Positions 41,487 to 54,668 of a DNA stretch of 59,024 bases are shown in pieces (the stretch's first letter is position 1; each line of letters opens with the position of its first letter). The translations under genes and the position numbers were made by a program. The notes under the pieces are model-generated. The model was given only the letters and a program-made list of their open reading frames with translations, was not told the origin of the DNA and ran no database searches. Source of the DNA: Octopus bimaculoides (taxonomy: Eukaryota); NCBI RefSeq assembly GCF_001194135.2, contig NC_069008.1, forward strand, positions 15,561,817-15,620,840, read 5' to 3'.

Positions 41487-42005
41487 AATTAGGTTATATT
41501 CTTTAAAACAAGGACTTTCTACAGATATCAGTTGAAAGGAAATCAATTATATAAATTTCTCACTCTCTTCCATTACTTTTCCTCTCAAATCACAGTTTAT
41601 GCATTTTTCTTGTTCTTTATTTCTTACAAACACTTCTACTGCTGTATTTCTGTCCTGTATTACCTTTCTTTAGCAACACTTCCATAAATTTATCCAACTT
41701 TAATTAGTACCCAGGCTCCTCTTCTTGATACTCCAGTTGGTGATGTTCACAAATTTTGCTAATAATATTTCAGAGAAAATGTTTCACAGGTATTCTACCA
41801 GAGATTCATAGAAACAATGTTATACATGTTTCAATACATTCTCCTGCAGTTTCAAAACATGGTAGATATTGAGAATGTGTTATTCGTTGCATCACTGTCA
41901 TCTGATGTTCTGAAATTATAGAGAAACAAAAGTGTAAGATGTAGAGGCTATTTAAAAAATACAGATTCATTTCTATAGAGATAATCTGTAGAATTAAAGA
42001 TATAC

Positions 42006-42270
42006 CCTAACAACTGAGCTGTTTGTCTCACAGCTCCATAAAGAAGTGCTAATCTCTAAAAAGTAGATGGAACATGTGGAAGTAGGACATCGAGGAATGG
42101 TATGAAGTGCTGAAGAACAATTCAGGTGAGACAACAAAGGAACAAGATTCCTGGAAACTTGCTCTACTCAAGAAGATTTGCACTCCATAACAAAAGTGCT
42201 AAGACCTGTTCCCCTGGAAAAGAACTTGTGGCCATTCCTCATAAAAGCTGTTGTGCAGTTACATCAAAGT
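42006..42270. mobile_element. Cassette-borne RTE fragment with putative mini-exon 2 of ZNF-7 (42006-42055, minus)
   Basis: IKKC*SL.VDGTCGS..…WYEVLKN; AG at 42056-57, GT at 42004-05, 96-nt intron to 41910. Confidence 0.6.
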
Positions 42271-42395
42271 GTCCATGAAAAAAATTTCCCAAAATTTTTG
42301 TTTAACAATTTTTTTTTTTTTTTCTAAATATGCGGAAAAATACGGACATTAAGATTCGGACAAAAATTTCAAAACATTTCTGGGTGGAGATAGAG

Positions 42396-42681
42396 TATAT
42401 GTAATCTGGGTATACCCCCCCTTTTAAATTTTGTTTTGTTTTTTTACGGAATCCTGTTTCAGACCATGGAGAATCCGATTCTGGAAAAAGAATTTCAAAA
42501 ATCTCAATTTCAAAATTTGCCCCCCCCCCCGGTTTTTATATAGATCCACAGGGTAAACCTAACCCTAACACTAGTTTTGTGAGATTTCGCTGTTATNNNN
42601 NNNNNNNNNNNNNNNNNNNNNNNNNNGGATTCCGTAAAAAAAATTAATAAATAAGGGGGTGAAAGGTTCAGATTACATATA
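42396..42681. mobile_element. Non-autonomous DNA element with TIR TATATGTAATCTG (inside a longer imperfect foldback, about 42330-42740)
   Basis: Same TIRs and interior as 35137-35432. Confidence 0.7.
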
Positions 42682-42964
42682 GTCCATCTCTACCGCCGAC
42701 TTTTGGCAATTTTCCGGAACCTCCGTATTCCGAAAACGGGTATATTTGGCAAAAAAAAAAAAAATTAAAGAATAAAAATACATTTCGGAGAAAATGGGTG
42801 GGGGGCGAAAGTCTTTCCCAAAGATGAGAGTGGGGGTTTTAAATCCTGTTTTAATGCATAATCGCATGCAGAAGACAGAATCGAAAAAAAAAAAATTCGT
42901 AAAAATTATGAGGGGCACGTGCTTACATCATAATTCATAATACAAAAGAACCTGGCAAGGTACC

Positions 42965-43370
42965 TTCCATAGCTAGAAATAGCGGCCAAATCTCGCACAG
43001 CTCATAGAATCTCACTTCCATTGCTAGAAACAGCAGCCAAATCTCGTACAAATCAAGGACATCTCATTAATAAAGCATAAAAGAGAAACAAAGAATCAAC
43101 GCGCCAAAAAACCGAACGTCTACAGAGTTAAATACATTGCATATTTTCATTAATACTTACGGAAATGTTTCATATAGGACAGTGTTGTTATATATATATG
43201 TGTACCTAGTAGTAGAGAAATGTAGAAGTATTATTATAAATGTATTATTAAGTGATCAAGTGAAATTCATTGACAAGACATTTAACCCGAAATCAATGTT
43301 AAGTAGTATGTTCAGTGCGCATGCGTATCTTCTTTAATGCAGCTAAGTTTAATTAATCTCCCTTACCGTA
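42965..43370 (-). promoter_or_regulatory. Cassette P8 (exon 1 of ZNF-7, possibly bidirectional with ZNF-8), palindrome intact
   Basis: Donor tacttac at 43154-43160; tgcgcatgcg at 43316-43325. Confidence 0.65.
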
Positions 43371-44110
43371 TTATTATAATGCTGTGATGCGTGTGTGTCC
43401 CGTAAAGGACAAAATGGTTATGACGTCATTAGGAAAGGTTTACTNNNNNNNNNNNNNNNNNNNNNNNNNNNNNNNNNNNNNNNNNNNNNNNNNNNNNNNN
43501 NNNNNNNNNNNNNNNNNNNNNNNNNNNNNNNNNNNNNNNNNNNNGATAAATGTTTATTTCTACAGATTATCTCAATAGAAATGAATCTGTATTTCTTCAG
43601 TAGCCTCTACATCTTACACTGTTGTTTCTCTATAATTTCAGAACATCAAATGATGCTGACATAACAGAAGAGACCTCAATATCTACCATGTTTTAAAAGC
43701 TGAGGGAAACTTTTATATGAAAACGATGTATTAGATTCTTTCTATGAATCTCTGGTAGAATTCCTGTGAAACATTTGCTCTGAAATAATATTATTCACAA
43801 AATTTGTGAACATCAGTCACTGGAGTGTCAAGAAGAGGTGCCCATGTACTAATTAAAGTTAGATAAATTTATGCAAGTGTTGCTAAAAAAGGGTAACACT
43901 GGATAGAAATAGAGCAGTAAAAGTGTTTGTAAGATATAAAGTACAAGAACAAAAGGAAGAAAAATATATAAACTGGGATTTGAGAGAGAAAGTAATAGAA
44001 GAGAGTGAGAAAATTATGGAATTAATTTCCTCTCAACACATGATAAAAGAGATAGGGTCATATTACTGATATCTGTAGAAAGTCCTTCTTTTAAAGAATA
44101 TAACCTAATT

Positions 44111-44992
44111 ATGCATAAACGTATTCATATGGGAGAGAAGCCATATCATTGTGATATTTGTGATATATCGTTCTCTGTAAGTAGTACATTAACTAGACAC
44201 AAACGTATTCATACAGGAGAGAAACCATATCCTTGTGATATCTGTGGTAAATCATTCTCTCAAAATAGTAACTTAACTGTACACAAATATATTCACACAG
44301 GAGAGAAACCATATCATTGTGATATCTGTGGTAAATCATTCTCTAACAGTAGTCAGTTATGTAGACACAAACGTATTCATACAGGAGAGAAACCATATCC
44401 TTGTGATATCTGTGGTAAATCATTCTCTCAAAATTGTAGCTTATCTAGACACAAACGTATTCATACAGGACAGAAAATATATCAGTGCAATATCTGTGGT
44501 AAATCATTCTCTGATAGTGGTTATGTTCATGTGCACAAACGTACTCATACAGGAGAAAAACCATATCACTGTGATATCTGTGGTAAATCATTCTCTTACA
44601 GTGGTCACGTATCTAGACACAAATATATTCATACAGGAGGGAAAACATATCAGTGCGATATCTGTGGCAAATCATTCTCGGATAGTGGTTATGTTAACGT
44701 GCACAAACGTATTCATACAGGAGAGAAACCATATCATTGTGATGTCTGTGGTAAATCATTCTCTCATAGCCCTGCCTTAACTATACATAAACACATTCAT
44801 ACAGGAGAGAAACCATATGATTGTGATATCTGTGGTAAATCTTTCTCTAAGAGGTGTCACTTATCTAGCCACAAACATGTTCATACAGGAGAGGGGCCAT
44901 ATCGTTGTAATATCTGTGGTAAAACATTCTCTAAATGTAATGACTTAACTAAACACAAACATATTCATACTGGAGAGAAAGGAAAAGGGTAG
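44111..44992 (+). CDS. C2H2 zinc-finger protein ZNF-8 (10 fingers)
   Basis: Intact ORF MHKRIH…HTGEKGKG*. Acceptor AG at 43640-41; the old ATG is mutated to ATA (43995). Confidence 0.9.
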   Translation: MHKRIHMGEKPYHCDICDISFSVSSTLTRHKRIHTGEKPYPCDICGKSFSQNSNLTVHKYIHTGEKPYHCDICGKSFSNSSQLCRHKRIHTGEKPYPCDICGKSFSQNCSLSRHKRIHTGQKIYQCNICGKSFSDSGYVHVHKRTHTGEKPYHCDICGKSFSYSGHVSRHKYIHTGGKTYQCDICGKSFSDSGYVNVHKRIHTGEKPYHCDVCGKSFSHSPALTIHKHIHTGEKPYDCDICGKSFSKRCHLSSHKHVHTGEGPYRCNICGKTFSKCNDLTKHKHIHTGEKGKG

Positions 44993-45084
44993 TTTCTTGT
45001 TTGGTATATATTTTTAATATTCCTGTGTTTTGTGCTATGGAAAATATCACTAAAGTGTTTCAAAAATTTCTTTCTGTTTGAAAG

Positions 45085-45580
45085 GCCACTAAATGTGGAA
45101 CATGACTGAGAGAGCCTTCCAGAACTGAACATGAGAGAGGGTCTAGGGAGTCTTGTTTGTGACATTTAAGAATATGAAGACTGAAAGCCCCTTGGTTCTC
45201 AGGAATTACATCTAAAATGCTTCAGATATGTAGCATATTAAGATACAGCCTTGTCACCATATAATTAATAAGGTCCAGGAAAAATGTGCCAGTGATATGT
45301 GTAGCAGCATCATAATGAAAATGTTTCGAGGGTAAAGGAGATGTCTTAGAAGTAAATGCAGAGATTTCAGATTATTGGACCAGGCTATGAAAGTCATTGA
45401 AAGAGTCAGTCCAGTTAATTAGAAAGAGACTTAGCCTTGATGAGATGCAGTTTGGTTTCATTTAGTAGAGAAGTACTATTAGTACTCTGTTTATAGTTTG
45501 GCAATTTCAGAAGTAAACCACTGTACATATCATCTCTCAACATGGAGGAAGCATCTGACAAGCTCACTCATATGGTACCT
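45085..45580 (+). repeat. Inverted duplicate of the ZNF-5 3'-flank RTE fragment
   Basis: Near-identical to the reverse complement of about 23430-23935; both give the spurious ORF MSQTRLPRPSLMFSSGRLSQSCSTFS. Confidence 0.85.
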
Positions 45581-46195
45581 TCTTCAAAAGCCAGTAAATG
45601 AATGGTTTGCCACAGTTAAAAATGAGTATTTTGGAATTACTCGGGGAGATATTGTGAAAACTGAGACGGTGTCCTGTCTCCTAGTCCTGCATTAGTTGCA
45701 TAAACTTAGACTCTGTGGATTTAGTGCTACACAGGAGAAGATTTAGCTGCTGCTGGGAAGGCACAGCATGTACCTCCAAACTACGCCTCCAACTGTGCGA
45801 ACCAAAGCGTGACGTCACCAGTGAAAGAAGGAAAATTGGATAAACTCATTTTCTGTCAGCGCAGAAAAAAGAAAAGAAAACGACAAAAGTGTTTTTAGAA
45901 ATAATAGCGTGTGCGAGAAAAACAAAATTCTGGAATTATGTACTGTATGCACAAATAAACAAAAAATTTTGTCAGCAAACCTGTTTGTTTTTTTGTGCTG
46001 AAAGTAAACAGAACAACGCCAAATTCACTGTGAATGTATGTGTGCTGAGTACTATTCAAGAAGAGTGGTCCCGCTGCGCGCATCTGCACTAGCTAGTCAT
46101 GACTAGTCGATCCTAGAATGACTATCTAGCGCGAATGCGCAAAACATGTAAACGAAGTAAATAATTTTTTATGTTGAATCTTCCCCAACTTAATC

Positions 46196-46387
46196 TTAAA
46201 ACATCGTTTTACGTTCTTCCAGGGTGTATTTTGGTGTCACATCTATTTCAGTAATCCCATTGTCGTACGCACTCCAACAATCAGAATATATAGTCATCCC
46301 TGGTTTGATAAATTTTTTAATAAGTGGTAGAAGAGTTTCAGAAGAACGGTCAGGTACAAAGACTAAAAGCCTATTTTTATCGGTCAA
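46196..46387 (-). mobile_element. Merlin/IS1595 (ISXO2-like) transposase fragment
   Basis: VPDRSSETLLPLIKKFIKPGMTIYSDCWSAY is the characteristic IS1595-family DDE segment. Confidence 0.8.
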
Positions 46388-46879
46388 ACCAAAGTGTTTG
46401 ACCCGAGCTCAGAAAAAAAAAAAAATGCACGCTTGCAAACGGTGGGGTGTATAGAGGACTCGGAACATTCACATGGTGAATGTTCCGAGACGCCTCACCG
46501 GAGCCAAGGAACAAAAGAAAAATAGTGTAATAGATGTAAAACAACTTCTCTGAACGAATATCAAGAACACACACACACATACATATATGTAACATATATA
46601 TATCTAACATAATAATAATAATATTAGGGATAAAAATCCTAATTTACAGGTAAAAACTCAATTAAATTACATTTATTAGAAATTAAAATTAAATTAAGTT
46701 TCACAGTATAAAATATTATATATATAGTTTTAGGGAAAAGAATCAAGGTTCATGAACTCATCGATGAAAATTCACTGTCACATATAGAAAAATTAATAAT
46801 TAAAAGCACAATAAATGAGTATGATATAATACAAAGTAAATATCATAAGATAATGATAATAAAACGACTACATGTGTTT

Positions 46880-48420
46880 CATAACCAATTTTCAAATACA
46901 TAGGAGGCGGCGCCCCCGGCCACGGAAGTTATTACACAGAGGGCGACCACCGAACTAGAACCTGAAAACAAACTGGCCGAAGCAACACCAGCAGTAGAGG
47001 AAACAAATTTCGAAACGGTGTCGCGTAAAAGGCCTAAAAAAGTAACGGAGTCCCCAAGTAAAGAGGCGGCTCCGAAAACTAAGGAAAAGAAGAAAAACAA
47101 CCCGGAGGAAAGGAAAAAGGATGAGAAGAAAAAATTACTGGACTTGGAAAAAATAGAAGTCGCACATGATTTAAAGGAGAGGACCACTGTAGTAATTAAA
47201 AACACTAACAACACCATGATGAGGATAATCAAGCCCTACTTAAAGTGCAACATTTTTCGGACGAGTAACACCAGAAACCCAAACAGTATTGCAAAAATAC
47301 CCTGCCGAAGGAACCCACCGTAGAAGAGACGAAGGGGGTGGTCTAAGCTTCATTGGAACTGAGAACGATCCCTCTGGATTAAGGTAGGAAATTTTCCTTC
47401 TGTTCTTGATTTTTGACATGGCTGCACTACGCGTAGACTGTCTGAATGTGCATGGCCTGACTTCGAAGTGGGAGCAAACCTGTTTCCTTGACGACCTCAG
47501 GTCACATAAAGTTGATGTTATGTTGCTACAGAGACCAAGCTGTAAGCCTTCTCACACCCCTTGAAAGACTATGAGAAAATCATGTCGGGTAGGAGGAGGG
47601 GGGTGGCGTTGTGGTTTTGATACGAAAAAGCTTGGCTCTGCAAACACGTGCAATCTTTGTAGACCCAGAAGAAGATTCGGTCGTTCTGGATCTGACTTTC
47701 AGTGGTAAGACCTTCAGGCTGATCGGCATTTACGCGCCTTGCGCAACCGATTAATGGAATTAGTTCTATCGACGCTTGCAGGATTTTCTTGTGACATTAA
47801 AAACGATAATAATGTTAGGAGACTTTACTGTGCACCTAGATAATGTTGGCTCAACCTGTAGGAGAAGTAACTCACGCCTCATTGAGCTGCTGAAGCGATT
47901 TTGGCTGGCAGATCGATTCAGACTCGAGGATCTGAGCGTTCCAATGTGGACTTGGAGTAATAACAACGGATCTGTCAGATCTTTTATAGACGGGATAATA
48001 GTGAATACTAGAGACAGATCCTCCTTTAGCTGTCCACAGTTTACTTATACACCCTAAAAGGATCACAAATTAGTGACGTGTAGGGTACATATAGATAAAG
48101 TTCAAAGACAGGGATCTGGTTACTGGAAGTTGAACAAGACCCTATTGGCTTGCGAAACATACTGTAACCAGATTAAGGAGTTAGTCATGAGGGCACTCAC
48201 CGGTACCATGTTGTATAACCGGTGGTGGATTGACCTCAAAAGAACCATTCGACTTGAGTCTATTAGATTTAGCAAACAGTTATATCTAGAGCAGGCTAAA
48301 ATAGAAGGGTCTCTAGTTAAGGCGTTAGAAGAGGTGCTGGGAGTGGGCTCTGCATCCCCAGTTTTGGTGGCGAGATCAACTTTGGACAGACACTTCAATG
48401 CCAAAAACGAAGGCTGCAGG
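46880..48420 (+). mobile_element. Tx1/L1-clade LINE 5' part (ORF1 C-terminus and ORF2 AP-endonuclease), 3'-truncated
   Basis: Lys/Glu-rich ORF1-like segment. ORF2 from ATG 47418 gives CLNVHGL, IGIYAP, IMLGDFTVHLD, WTWSN, DHKLVT and GSGYWKLNKTLL. Confidence 0.8.
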
Positions 48421-48704
48421 GTCGACCAAAGCCTTGTGAGTGGATTTGGTAGATGGAAACTGAAAGAAGACCGTCGTTTATATGTATATGTATATATATA
48501 TATATGTGTGTTTGTCCCCCCCAACATCACTTGACGACCGATGCTGGTGTGTTTACGTCTCCGTAACTTAGCGGTTCGGCATAACCGACCGATAGAATAA
48601 GTACTAGGCTTACAAAGAATAAGTCCTGGGGTCGATTTGCTCGACTAAAAGCGGTGCTCCAGCATGGCCGCAGTCAAATGACTGAAACAAGTTAAAGAAT
48701 AAAA
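48419..48704 (+). mobile_element. SINE family A lacking its head
   Basis: Starts mid-element at gggtcgaccaaagcc, fused to the Tx1 ORF2. Confidence 0.85.
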
Positions 48705-48879
48705 GCGTATTTCATTTTTAATTTATTTCGATTTCATTATATCGGATTTTTATACGATCTAACTAATGTATAACCCCAGTCCCGAAATTTTTTAATTTTT
48801 TTATTTGACCTTCGAAGAAATTAGCTGCAACATATTAAAATGAAAGGGATTTAAGAAGAGTCAGCGACCTTGGATAGTT

Positions 48880-49130
48880 TGAAGAAACACATGCATATTA
48901 AATTACTTCCTGTGGTGTCTTGTGGGTAAATGGGAATTTTTCAGTATCCAGCTGTCGCAAACTTTATAATACTAATAATCCGTACTTATAATTGATTTCT
49001 CAACTACCATATACACACATTTATAACAAGTCTATCCTTTATGAAACATATCCGTAAGTATTAAGCAATGAATATATTCAGTGGTTTTAATACTGTAACC
49101 GGTTCGGTTTTTAGCGCCACGATTCTTTGT
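48880..49130 (+). promoter_or_regulatory. Cassette P9 (exon 1 of ZNF-9), palindrome decayed
   Basis: GTAAGT at 49054-59; motif position reads acacatgcata at about 48887-48897 (CpG transitions). Confidence 0.55.
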
Positions 49131-49300
49131 GACTGGTAAATTTTCAGATTAACACCCGCACGATTTTCATTAGGGTGTTACGGTTAGGATTTTAGGGTTA
49201 GGGTTAGGGAATTCCGTCCCTAACCCTAACTCTAATCCTAAAACCCTAACCATAACACCCTAGCGAAAATCGCGCGGGTGTTAATCTGAAAATTTACCGT
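49131..49300. mobile_element. ~170-bp foldback element with inward TTAGGG repeats, 10-bp TSD
   Basis: ggtaaattttcagattaacacccgcacgattttc…gaaaatcgcgcgggtgttaatctgaaaatttacc. Almost the whole element is palindromic; gattctttgt at 49121-30 and 49301-10. Confidence 0.8.
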
Positions 49301-49351
49301 GATTCTTTGTAAAAGTTGTAAAACAACTTAGTCTGAAAGAACATCAAGAAT

Positions 49352-49386
<35 letters not shown>

Positions 49387-49809
49387 CACATACATACATA
49401 CACCCACACACATATATAATCTGATTCTTTCAATGTACTAGTTCTATGGTATTAAATTGATATTAATTAATACCCAATTTTTTACCTTACTGTTTCAATT
49501 TATACATATATACATACACACACACACACACATATATATATATATTCACAGCAAGTTTTACACCTTATTACACTAATTATTATTTGTATTTGAGCTCGGG
49601 TCAAACACTATAGTTTAGAGGCCATGGACTGACGATGTGAATGTTCCGAGTTCCCCCCCCCCCCGTTCACGAGCCCGCATTTTTTTCTTCATATTCGTTC
49701 CCAGCAAGTTGTTTTACACCTATTAGGCTGTTTTTTTTTTTTTTTTGTCACCGGGTCAAGTGCTTTAATGTAAAAAAAAAAAATACACACATCACAGCAC
49801 ACAACTTCA

Positions 49810-49848
<39 letters not shown>

Positions 49849-50184
49849 CACGCCCTTTTCATATACATGTACATACATCTTTCAATTTCCTGCTCTCATT
49901 TCAAAACAAGAACATGTGACTTTTGAGAAGTTTGCAGCTTGTAACAAAGGAATGCCCTTCGAATATCGACCAATGTATGCCCATCCTACTAGCAATTTGT
50001 TTCCTCAAAATTTTTTACAAAATATATAATTTTAAATAGAAATTTATAGAAATACTTTTCAGATGATGTAGATAAGGATTTTGTAGAAATTCGTTGACAA
50101 AAAATAAAAGTATAATTGAATGGGGTTTATGGATAATTTATACACCTCAACTTTATTTATTTTCATGACCTGTTGAACCTGACC

Positions 50185-50559
50185 GTGGAGGCGCAATGGC
50201 CCACTGGTTAGGGCAGCGGACTCGCGGTTTCGATTCCCAGACCGGGCGTTGTAAGTGTTTATTGAGCGAAAACACCTAAAAGCTCCACGAGGCTCCGGCA
50301 GGGGATGGTGGTGAACCCTGCTGTACTCTTTCACCACAACTTTCTCTCACTCTTACTTCCTGTTTCTGTTGTGCCTGTAATTCAAAGGGGTCAGCCTTGT
50401 CACACACTGTGTCACGCTGAATATCCCCCGAGAACTACGTTAAGGGTACACGTGTCTGTGGAGTGCTCAGCCACTTGCACGTTAATTTCACGAGCAGGCT
50501 GTTCCGTTGATCGGATCAACTGGAACCCTCGACGTCGTAAGCGACAGAGTGCCAACAAA
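50185..50559 (+). mobile_element. SINE family B, full length
   Basis: tRNA-like head, body, tail gccaacaa. Confidence 0.9.
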
Positions 50560-50966
50560 TGAACCTGGCATTCATTTTGAAATGGGTGAAGGAAATGGAA
50601 ACCAAATCATGGCACCTCATTGTGTGTACATAAATATAAATAAAAACACGTCTATGTGTGTGCATAGTAGCGTGTTTTTCAATTTTCACGTATTCACTCT
50701 CTCTCACACACTTAGACCCATTACGCTAGGGAACAGGGTTTTTGTTGTATGATGTTGGAAAGATCTTTCTTACTAATTCGGGGTTGCTGATTTCAAAAAT
50801 GAAATCCATTTTGCTCTATCATGTCAAGATTTTTCATAAACAGGGGTGTGCATTTCTCAACATTTCTGGCATTGTCACCATTTCTAAGGGTGGCTTTGAC
50901 TTCATCAAATGTGAACCCACATATGGAGCTTGACATAACGTTGGAAACATAGTTTTTCCATGTCGT

Positions 50967-51194
50967 TTAACCCTTTCGTTACCAACCCGGCTGAAACCAT
51001 CTCTGGCTCTGAATACAAATGTCTTGTTTTCATAAGTTTTGAATTAAAATCTTCCACCAAACCTTAGTCACAGTTTATGTTCCTAACACGAGCTGAATGA
51101 TAACTAAGTTAGTTTACTAAATTCTTTGTTATATTTAAAGTAATTGAAAGAAACACAGAGCATCTTAAAATAAATACAGTAACAAAAGGGTTAA
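50967..51194. mobile_element. piggyBac-type MITE
   Basis: TTAA|ccctttcgttac … gtaacaaaaggg|TTAA (11/12 TIR match, TTAA at both ends). Confidence 0.75.
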
Positions 51195-51718
51195 AATTAA
51201 TGCAACTACAAAAGGGAAAACAAAAGTTAGGTTTTCAGTATCCTTAGTAAATATAGGGTATCAAAGTGGAGCAACTTTCAGTATTTTCAGCCTAACCAAC
51301 TTCAATGACAGGAATGTCCTTTATACAATTAGATGTTAAGAAACAACATATTTTTGTGGTCCTTGACACCATGTGTCTTATCTTTACGCAATTTATCTGC
51401 AGATATGCCCATGTTTTGCTTAATTTTGTGTGACTATCATTGCAAACTAGATGAGATGTGTTTTATTGAACTTTTAACTGTCTCTTATGAAAATTGGTAT
51501 TTTGAATGTGCCCTTAATGTTTTGATTGTAAGGTTACATGGGTCAAGGTCACTTTTCATTAAGCATGGTCAAAAAACTGTAAAAAGAACTTCATGGTATG
51601 TATGCTCTTTATGGAGCCTTGCCATTACAAATCTGCATTTGCTTACTTTATAACTGTTGACGATTCTGAAAATGCTTTCCCAGCTGACAACTGGCTTGAG
51701 CATGTTTTGTATTTCAGA

Positions 51719-52135
51719 AATATGGCCAGTTGTGAGAGAAGAAAATGTAAAAACAGTCCCGAGGTCTTCTGCTTATTTCTGGATTAGGCAGTGAAACAAA
51801 ATCACAGATTTTGTGAAGAAAGCTTACTGTACTTCCTTAATTACTTCAGCATGAAACCGGATGACAAGACAAAGCTTTGGCGTCCTATATAGTGTGCAAA
51901 ATACGTGTTGAAACACTGAGCCAGTGACTGCTTCAAATACTAAAGCAGAAAGTTTCCAACTCTGTCTTCTGAGAAAAGTAAGGTTGGAGTGTTTGATGGG
52001 CCACCTGGCATTGAATGCTTTTGTTGGAGTTGTATCTGATTTCCTGAGAAACAGGAAACCATAAAATTATGAAAATCTTGTGCAGATCCTGTTGACCAGT
52101 TTTCGAGCACTGGGCTGCAACATGGATGTAACTGT
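51719..52135 (+). mobile_element. Chapaev-type (CMC) transposase remnant, internally deleted
   Basis: MASCERRKCKNSPEVFC…ITDFVKKAY…YFSMK.DDQDKAW.P..VCK.CV and LVQILLTSFRALGCNM across frameshifts. Confidence 0.6.
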
Positions 52136-52312
52136 GCAATAAACAACAATGTCAACTTCTATTTCTGGACAAATACTAATGTTAGTGTCCACTACGCTGT
52201 AGTTTTATTTGAAAGCTGTTACCCGTTGTGAAGACGTCAGTGTAGTTTATAAATATGTAAGCTTCACACGAGATTCTATGCTGTAAATTTTAAGAAATTA
52301 AAATGTTAAGTT

Positions 52313-52991
52313 CATCATCTTTTAATGTCTATTGTCCATGCTGGAATTAGTTGGATGGTTTGACCAGGGCTGGCAACTTGGGGAGCTGCAGTAGACCCTA
52401 GTCTGATTTGGTGTGGTTTCTGCTGTATGCCCTTCCTAGTGCCAACCACTTCACAGAGTGCACAGGGTGCTTTATATGGCACTGTGCAGCTGCTTTTATG
52501 AGGAATGGCCACAAGTGTTTTTCAGCACCACAGGGACATGTCTTAATACTTTTTTTTCTTTTCTTTTCTTTTTATTGCCCACAAGGGGCTAAACATAGAG
52601 GGGGCAAACAAGGACAGACAAAGGGATTAAGTCGATTACATCAATCCCAGTACGTAACTGGTACTTAATTTATCGACCCCGAAAGGATGAACGGCAAAGT
52701 CGACCTTGGCGGAATTTGAACTCAGAATGTAACGGCAGACGAAATACCGCTAAGCATTTCGCCCGGCGTGCTAATGTTTCTGCCAGCTCACCGTCTTAAT
52801 ACTTCTGTAATGGAGTGCAGATCTTGAGTTGAGCAAGTTATCAGAAATCTCATTCTTTCTCATTTCACTTGAATGGTTCTTCAGCACTTCATGCCATGTC
52901 TTTCTGGGTGTCCCACTTCTACATGTTCCATCTACTTTTAGAGATTAGCACTTCTTTATGTAGCTGTGAGATATACAGCTCAGTTGTTGAG
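52313..52991. mobile_element. Cassette-borne RTE 3' end (minus) with putative mini-exon 2 of ZNF-9 (52942-52991, plus)
   Basis: Reverse complement of 26790-27192. AG at 52940-41, GT at 52992-93, 96-nt intron to AG 53086-87. Confidence 0.6.
52552..52792 (-). mobile_element. SINE family C with 12-bp TSD
   Basis: gtcttaatactt at 52540-51 and 52793-804. Confidence 0.9.
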
Positions 52992-53484
52992 GTAAATGTT
53001 TATTTCTACAGATTATCTTAATAGAAACTAATCTGTATATTTTAGATAGTCTCTGTATCTTACACTGTTGTTTCTCTATAATTTCAGAACATCAGATGAC
53101 ATTGAAGTAACGGATGGCAAACCCCCAATATCTCTCCTGTTTTAAAGACTGAAGGAAAATATTATATGAAACAGATGTATCAGATTGTTTCTACAAATCT
53201 GTGTAGAATCCCTGTGAAACATTTACTCTGAAATAATATTATTAGCAAAATTTGTGAACATCACCAACTGGAGTATCAAGAAGAGGTGCCTGTGAACTGA
53301 TTAAAGTTGGATAAATTTATGTTAGTGTTGCTAAAGAAAGGTAACACTGGACAGAAATACAGCAGTAAAAGTGTTTGTAAGATATAAAGTACAAGAACAA
53401 AAGGAAGAAAAATGTATAAACTGAGATTTAAGAGAAGTATTGGAAGAGAGTAAGAAAATTATATAATTGATTTCTTCTCAATAG

Positions 53485-54091
<607 letters not shown>

Positions 54092-54154
54092 TGAATACAT
54101 ACGTGTGTATGTATTTTCATCGATGAGTTCATGAACCCTGGTTCTTTTCCCTAA

Positions 54155-54196
<42 letters not shown>

Positions 54197-54597
54197 NNNN
54201 NNNNNNNNNNNNNNNNNNNNNNNNNNNNNNNNNNNNNNNNNNNNNNNNNNNNNNNNNNNNNNNNNNNNNNNNNNNNNNNNNNNNNNNNNACACATTTTAT
54301 TATAAGTGCTAAATTATCCCAGAACTGTTACATATTCTTTTACTTGTTTCAGTCATTTGAAAGCAGCCATGCTGGAGCACCTTTATGGATATATGTTTAT
54401 ATATTCAAAAGTGATTTCATATTTGTGTATAGCCTCATTTCTATACATACATATGTAAATGTGTTTGTCTGTATATATATATATATATATATATACACTC
54501 ACAAAGACAGCGTGTTGAGGAATATTACAATAATGATTGTCAGTGTGCAGAATGCAATGTATGTGATGCAGGTTCAATTCCTAGGCGACTCCATTTA

Positions 54598-54598
54598 C

Positions 54599-54630
<32 letters not shown>
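54598..54630. repeat. (AAT)n microsatellite
   Basis: About 11 AAT units. Confidence 0.9.
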
Positions 54631-54633
<3 letters not shown>

Positions 54634-54668
54634 GACTCAAGTTTAATATCTCTGAAAATATTTATTTG

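Noticed and set aside
47018-47323. Lysine-rich 101-aa ORF as a host gene
   Set aside because: It lies directly upstream of a Tx1 endonuclease ORF and is best explained as the ORF1 C-terminus.
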